Shown here: positions 58,196 through 64,000 of the stretch, one piece after another
Position numbering within the stretch: position 1 is the stretch's first letter
How the letters are laid out: each line of letters opens with the position of its first letter
Assembly: GCA_950097015.1 (NCBI GenBank)
Contig: CATNEN010000039.1
Location: 1,798,001-1,862,000, forward strand
From: Macrostomum hystrix
Lineage: Eukaryota; Animalia; Platyhelminthes
Reading direction: 5' to 3'
DNA: 64,000 bases
The notes under the pieces: model-generated
Database searches by the model: none
The model's input: only the letters and a program-made list of their open reading frames with translations
What the model was told of the DNA's origin: nothing
Translations under genes and position numbers: made by a program

Positions 58196-58904
58196 GAGGT
58201 TCGTTCCCCACTTTTAGTGTGTTACACAGTGGATACAGAACGTACACTACTGGCCACGCGAGTACACTGTGACACTGTAAACAGTGGCTGCTACTCTAAA
58301 ACATCCGAAATGTCTGTTAGCGTATTGACTATTTACATGTAAATGCGTGTGTTCATAAATAAATCTGATGCATTGTAAGACCGTGTTTTAAGTTGTAGAA
58401 CATAACAAAACACGCTGCAGTAGCCCTCACTGGCTCACGCCAATATATTTAACGGCAAAGTTGGGGTGGGTGCAACCACCCTAAGCGAACGCACGCTGCA
58501 GCGCTAACCCCCCCCCACCCCAAACAAGCCGCGCGTGCACATCTAAGTGCACGCGCACCAACAAGCCAGACTACACTAATTTCCCCCTAGAAGCAAAAGA
58601 CAGTCCCAAGTCAAGCAAAGCCCGCCATGTACAACTCCAACGGTCACCCTTCAGTGCCAGTCCAATCGTCCAGTAGATGCGTCCAGTAACTATAGACGCG
58701 TCCATCGAGTGGATTCCTCCATCAAACAGTAGGAGTCCAGTTTTCCGAATTTTGCCCGTAACTTTTTTCGGTGACCTCCCCCAGTCTTCGGAGTAGCGTG
58801 AATCAACTCGGCGCATCGAATTCTATCGGAAAAAGTTGTCCCGCAATATGGGTAAACACTTTGAAAAATGTCAACTCAACTTTCACTCAGGCAGCCCCTC
58901 CACG

Positions 58905-59452
58905 GCAATCGATGTAAGTCAGCACGGACTCCCAGGACAGGCCGGACATCACAAGCTCCATGAGCCGCTGGAACGTCGCCGGGGCGTTGCACATACCGAA
59001 GCCCATCTTGCAGAATTGCATCAGGCCGCGCGTCGAATAGAAGGCCGTCTTGTACCGGTCCTCCTCTGCCACCTCCACCTGGTGGTAGCCCTGCCGGCAG
59101 TCGATGGTGGAGAACCAGGAGCATCCGACAAGCGCATCCGTGGCCTGCTGCAGGTGCGGTAGCGGGTACGCGTCCCTGACGGTGCAGGCGTTGAGCTGCC
59201 ACCAGTCCGTGCACAGTCTGATGTCGCCGTTTTTCTTACGGACTACCAGCAGGTTGCTGGCCCATGGTGTTGTCGACGGCTCGATGATGCCGCTGTCCAG
59301 CATCTGGCCGATCTTCTTGTCCACCTGGCCTCGCACAGACAGTGGCAGCCTGCGCTGGACCTGCCGGTGTGGCCGCGCTCCGGGCACCAGCTCGACCTGG
59401 TGATGTAGCAACGCCGTCGTGCCCAGGTCGCACTCGTGCCTTGCGAACAGGC
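58905..59452 (-). mobile_element. Ty3/Gypsy reverse transcriptase fragment
   Basis: GIIEPSTTPWASNLLVVRKKNGDIRLCTDW, DAYPLP, FSTID..GYHQ, KTAF, MGFGMCNAPATFQR; breaks off at YID before the second catalytic Asp. Confidence 0.92.
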
Positions 59453-60664
59453 ACATTTGCCGACCTAGTTACCGAGTTTGCCAACTCCAAGTTGTTCTCG
59501 CGGATTGATCTCAAACAGTCGTACCTGCAACTGCCGCTGCACGAAGACGCCAAGAACCTGACCTGCTTCCACACAGAATCCGGCCTGGCCTGTACCGATT
59601 CAAGCGAATGCCGTTCGGAATCAGCTCAGCTGCGGTAGCCTTCCAGAAGGTCGTCGGCAAGATCCTGGAAGGCATCGACGGCGTCATGCACTATCAAGAT
59701 GACATCGCGGTGCACTCGACAACGGAAGCCGAGCATGACAAACGCCTTCTCTGAGTCCTGGACAAGCTGCTGCAGCACCGAGTCACCATCAAGCTCAAGA
59801 AGTGCGTTTTCATGGTTCCGGAAATCGAGTTCGTCGGACATCGGATCAGCGCCACAGGCATCCAGCCGCGTCAGTCCCACGCTGAGTCGGTAGAGCAACT
59901 CAAGGCACCGATGAACACATCGGCACTCGCTTCCTTCCTTGGCTTCGCAAAGTTCTTCCAGTTCTACATCAAGAACCTGTCGCATGTCGCCGAGCCGCTG
60001 ACAGCGCTCCTGCGCAAGGATGTGCCCTGGAACTGGGACAGGAAGTGCGAGGCAGCCTTCAGTGAGGTCAAGCGGCTCATCTCATCCGCGCCGTGTCTAA
60101 AATTCTTCGATCAGAGCCACGAAACAGTTGTCTCGTGTGGCAGCAGCGACGTCGCCCTGGGCGCTACTCTGGGCCAAATTGACGAGCGTGGACAACTTCG
60201 TCCAGTCGCCTTCGCCTCGTGCGCTCTGTCCGACACCGAGCGCCGTTACTCCGCGAGAAGGAGGCCTGCGTCTGGAGCTGCGAGCACTGGCACTTCTGCT
60301 GTACGGCCGGAAGTTCAAGCTGCTGACTGATAACCAGGCTCTGACCAACCTGCTATCAGCATGCGGAGTCGGCCAGCGGCCTCTTCGACTTGAACACTGG
60401 TGTGAGAGACTCTTCGTCTACGATTTCGACATCGAGTATGTTCCTGGTAAGCTAAACGTCCAACCTGACTTTCTGTCCCGCTACGGTTACGATCGTAAAA
60501 ATATCGGCCAAGAATCGATTGATCAACGTCAAACTGAGTCATACATCAACCTAGTGTTTGCCAGGAGCTCCGAGCCTATTTCAGTTGCTCAGCTCGCCGA
60601 GGCCACGGCTAGCGATGACCAACTGCAGCGAGTCGTTCAGTTCGTGCTCAACGGAGACTCCTAG
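59453..60664 (+). mobile_element. Degenerate Ty3/Gypsy pol fragment (RT-RNase H), different family
   Basis: FSRIDLKQSYLQL, MPFGISSA..FQK, HYQDDI, EFVGH, RPVAFAS..LSDTERRYS, LLTDNQAL, YDFDIEYVPGKLN. Frameshifts (~59585, ~60255) and an in-frame TGA (~59752). Confidence 0.92.
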
Positions 60665-61437
60665 AATCCTGGCCCACCGAGACTCCTGGCGACGAGAATA
60701 TATGACACGGCCTCGCTACGCGAGAGAGCACCCTCTCCTTTGGTTAACTTGACTCGTCTCGTCTCGCTCATTTGGCTAGCAGACACAGCAATCACAAAAT
60801 TACTCAATGGATAATTCATAGTCACTCAATAGATAATTCATAGTCACTCAATAGTGATCTTATAGTCACTTCTGGTTGATCTGATTGATCTGATCTGAGT
60901 GTTTTGTGTGATTACTGATTGATCTGAGTAGTTTGCTGCTCATGAGATCAAAGTCTTGCAGTTTCTAATGTGTACCAGAATCAGTTTAATTAGGCTCTCT
61001 TGTGTTTTTCATAAAGTACATTGCTTTCCGAGCCTGAAGGAATTCGAGGTGAACAGTGGGCTTAATAGTGCAAACTGTTTGTTTGTTCGATCGCTCAGTG
61101 TTTTGGCTTATTTTGGCTTATTAAGTATACTACAATGCCCTCTAATTTTGTGTTCCAAGGAAAAGAAAGTCCTATTTTTAGGTTGGCTGGAAAATAAAAA
61201 CGATACCGTAGTAGGTTAATCGTAAAAGTGAAAACTGCTTCTTTGTTTAAGGCAAGCTTCGATCGCTCATTCATTTTGGCCATAGACTAAAGGCAGCTGA
61301 GTGAGCGGGTACAGGCACAGCGGAGGGTCTACATGAGCGTATTTATCTCTAAGCAGCTAAAGGCCAATTTTTTGTAAAACTAAACTTAGCAGTCTACCCC
61401 AGCAAGCAATCACTAAACTCAGCAATCAACCCCAAAG

Positions 61438-62513
61438 ATGAACAAGCTGCCGGCACTGTTGCTGACTGCGCTAGTGTTGCTCGTCTGTGGTGAGTACTAA
61501 ACCTTTCTATTCATTTAATTAGAGTTCCAAAACTGCTTGATATTGGACTAGTTTTATTGAACTTTGTCAGTCTGTGAGCTTGACTATTGCAGTTTTAATT
61601 TTCAATTTCAGACTTTCCGATTGTGAGTGGTCTTATGTGCTACCATTATTTTAAAAGCACATCCAGTGGTGCATATTTTAGGAATGGAACATGCGTCGCA
61701 GTCGCGGAGTGCGTCAGTTTCAGTATTCCTATTAATGGAGATTACGACGTAAGTTGCAGCTTTTATTGAGCTGTGCTGGTTACTAATTACCTCTGAAAGG
61801 TTGAACTGCGACTCCTGCCACTCTCTCCAACATTTCAGGCCATTGGCTTTTGTTCTAACACAACGGATAACAATTGCGGAAAACTTATAAGCATGTATAG
61901 TCCGGTAGGGAAAGTCGTGAACTGCTCCGTCTGTTCAAAGGACTTTTGCAACCCATCCCCCAACACCACCGCGGCCTCCACCACCACCGTGGCCTCCAAC
62001 ACCACAGTGGCCTCCAACACCACCGCGGCCTCCACCACCACCGTGGCCTCCACCACCACCGTGGCGTCCAACACTATCCCGGCGTCCAACACCATCCCGG
62101 CCGCGCGTAGGTGCTACAGTTATCAATCACTTATTTCAGGACCAATTTTCCCACTATCTGCAATGTTCCACTTCTGCCCTGACAACAATGACTGGACATG
62201 CTATATATGGACTAGAAAACTACGACACGGATCTTACACGGTAAGTTGCAGCTTTTATAAAGCTGTTCTGGTTACTAGTTAACTCTAAAAGGTTGAACTG
62301 CGACTCCTGTCATTCTCTCCAACATTGCAGATCAACGGAGGTTGTAAATTGATTCAAGACCCTTTCATAACTTGGTGCATAAAATGGAACAAAATCTTTG
62401 GGGCAGTTACCGACGAGAAGTGCACCGTCTGTTCGAAGGACAATTGCAACATTCCCCCAAACTTGATCGCGGCCTCCACCACCACCGCGGCCTCCACCAC
62501 CACCGCGGCCTAG
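61438..62513 (+). CDS. Secreted protein with two LU/three-finger-like Cys domains and Thr/Ala-rich mucin spacers
   Basis: Exons 61438-61489, 61612-61748, 61839-62240, 62331-62513 (phases 1,0,0). Signal peptide MNKLPALLLTALVLLVC; each domain starts xCY and ends C(S/T)VCSKDxCN with 8 Cys; AATAAA at 62992. Confidence 0.8.
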
Positions 62514-63084
62514 ACCACCACCGTGGCCTCCACCACCACCGTGGCCTCCACCACCACCGCGGCCTAGACCACCACCGCGGCCTCCAACACCACCGCGGCC
62601 TCCAACGCCATCGCGGCCTCCAACACCACCGCGGCCTCCACCACCACCGCGGCCTCCAACATCATCGCGGCCTCCACCACCACCGCGGCCTCCACCACCA
62701 CCGCGGCCTCCAACACCACCGCGGCCTCCACCACCACCGCGGCCTCCACCACCACCGCGGCCTCCAACACCACCGCGGCCTCCACCACCACCGCGGCCTC
62801 CAACATCATCGCGGCCTCCACCACGACCCCATCAAAGAATTAATCAAAGACTTGATAAAAATTTACTAAATCAACTGAAGACTGAATCAACTGGCTAGCA
62901 TACTGAATCATAAACAGATCATAAACAGATCGTAAACTATTCTCACTTTTTGATTTTCAACAGATGATTAGATTGGTGAAAATCATTTTTTAATAAAAAA
63001 GAACCCAAAGCTGATATCCTAAATGTACACTTATCTGTCACTCAGACACCTGCTTCCTCAGACTGATTGTGGATCTCAGGGGAA

Positions 63085-63513
63085 TGTGGATTATGAGGCT
63101 GTCACACTGGGTTGTGAGACTGTCACACTGGATTGTGAGGCTGTCACACTGGATTGTGAGACTGTCACACTGGATTGTGAGGCTGTTACACTGGATTGTG
63201 AGGCTGTCACACTGGATTATGAGACTGTCACACTGGATTGTGAGGCTGTTACACTGGATTGTGAGGCTGTTACACTGGATTGTGAGGCTGTTACACTGGA
63301 TTGTGAGACTGTCACACTGGATTGTGAGGCTGTTACACTGGATTGTGAGACTGTCACACTGGATTGTGAGACTGTTACACTGGATTGTGAGACTGTTACA
63401 CTGGATTGTGAGACTGTCACACTGGATTGTGAGGCTGTTACACTGGATTGTGAGGCTGTTACACTGGATTGTGAGACTGTCACACTGGATTGTGAGACTG
63501 TCACACTGGATTT
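63085..63513. repeat. 21-bp minisatellite (GGATTGTGAGGCTGTCACACT)
   Basis: About 20 copies. Confidence 0.93.
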
Positions 63514-63892
63514 TAAAATGATTATCCTGGATATTACGAGTATATTGTGAACATTATTTGGTCTTGGCACAGCTTATTGAACTACGAGCGTGAAGCGAAA
63601 GCCTTAAATGAAAGAAAGCATAGAAATAACAAAACAGCAATCAATAGTTATTCTAGACATTTGCGGAAATATTAGTAATACGCGGGTGTAAGTCGCGGGT
63701 TCGTCAGGTAGCACAACACCGACTCGCTAGCAAGCGATGCGAGCGAATTTGGCAGCAACACTGGCGAGGACTGCACAGCGCACGGGGCTAAAAAGGCCGC
63801 CCACCCCCGACCAAAGCCGCGGCGCACCCCCGGCCCCGGCCAACAGCGATTGGCCAGCCAATCTACACTCACATACATTCAAATAACATCAG

Positions 63893-64000
63893 ATGCATTC
63901 AAATAACATCAGTTACATTCAAATAACATCAGTTACATTCAAATAACATCAGTTACATTCAAATAACATCAGTTACATTCAAATAACATCAGTTACATTC
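63893..64000. repeat. 20-bp minisatellite (ACATTCAAATAACATCAGTT), runs off window
   Basis: At least 5 copies. Confidence 0.9.

Noticed and set aside
58531-58590. Helitron 3' end at the GC-rich hairpin
   Set aside because: No CTRR at the expected short distance and no matching 5' end identified.
41113-62567. TAG reassignment (alternative genetic code) to explain in-frame TAGs
   Set aside because: Conserved genes here have no internal TAG, the cupin ends in TAG, and the zinc-finger locus also has frameshifts.

Overview
Eukaryotic (metazoan) genomic DNA with GC-rich exons and GT-AG introns, many of them filled by locally unique minisatellites. The style suggests a free-living flatworm such as Macrostomum, but this is inference only. 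I rebuilt spliced gene models by hand, checking reading-frame phase at each junction. In order: eIF3a (5' part outside the window), a GT32/DXD glycosyltransferase, a Q/H-rich protein with two possible KH-like domains, a carboxypeptidase B-like M14A gene (-), an intronless neuropeptide-type GPCR, FHAD1 (-, 13 exons), a HIRIP3-like gene, a single-domain cupin, a decayed multi-zinc-finger pseudogene, CDC23/APC8, RCBTB1/2, PRKRIP1, two fused Gypsy pol fragments, and a secreted two-domain LU/three-finger-like mucin gene. Non-coding content: about 30 tandem arrays, two tRNA-headed SINE families and a candidate minimal hammerhead ribozyme. Most notable: (1) PRKRIP1 has an open N-terminal frame with no ATG that starts exactly at a TTTCAG acceptor, as expected if a flatworm spliced leader supplies the AUG, and it ends a run of co-oriented genes that may be an operon; (2) intronic minisatellites that tandemly copy the gene's own splice donor; (3) a duplicated LU-like domain whose introns are 90% identical while its exons are hypervariable; (4) the hammerhead candidate. 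No CRISPR array, rRNA or intact tRNA gene was found.
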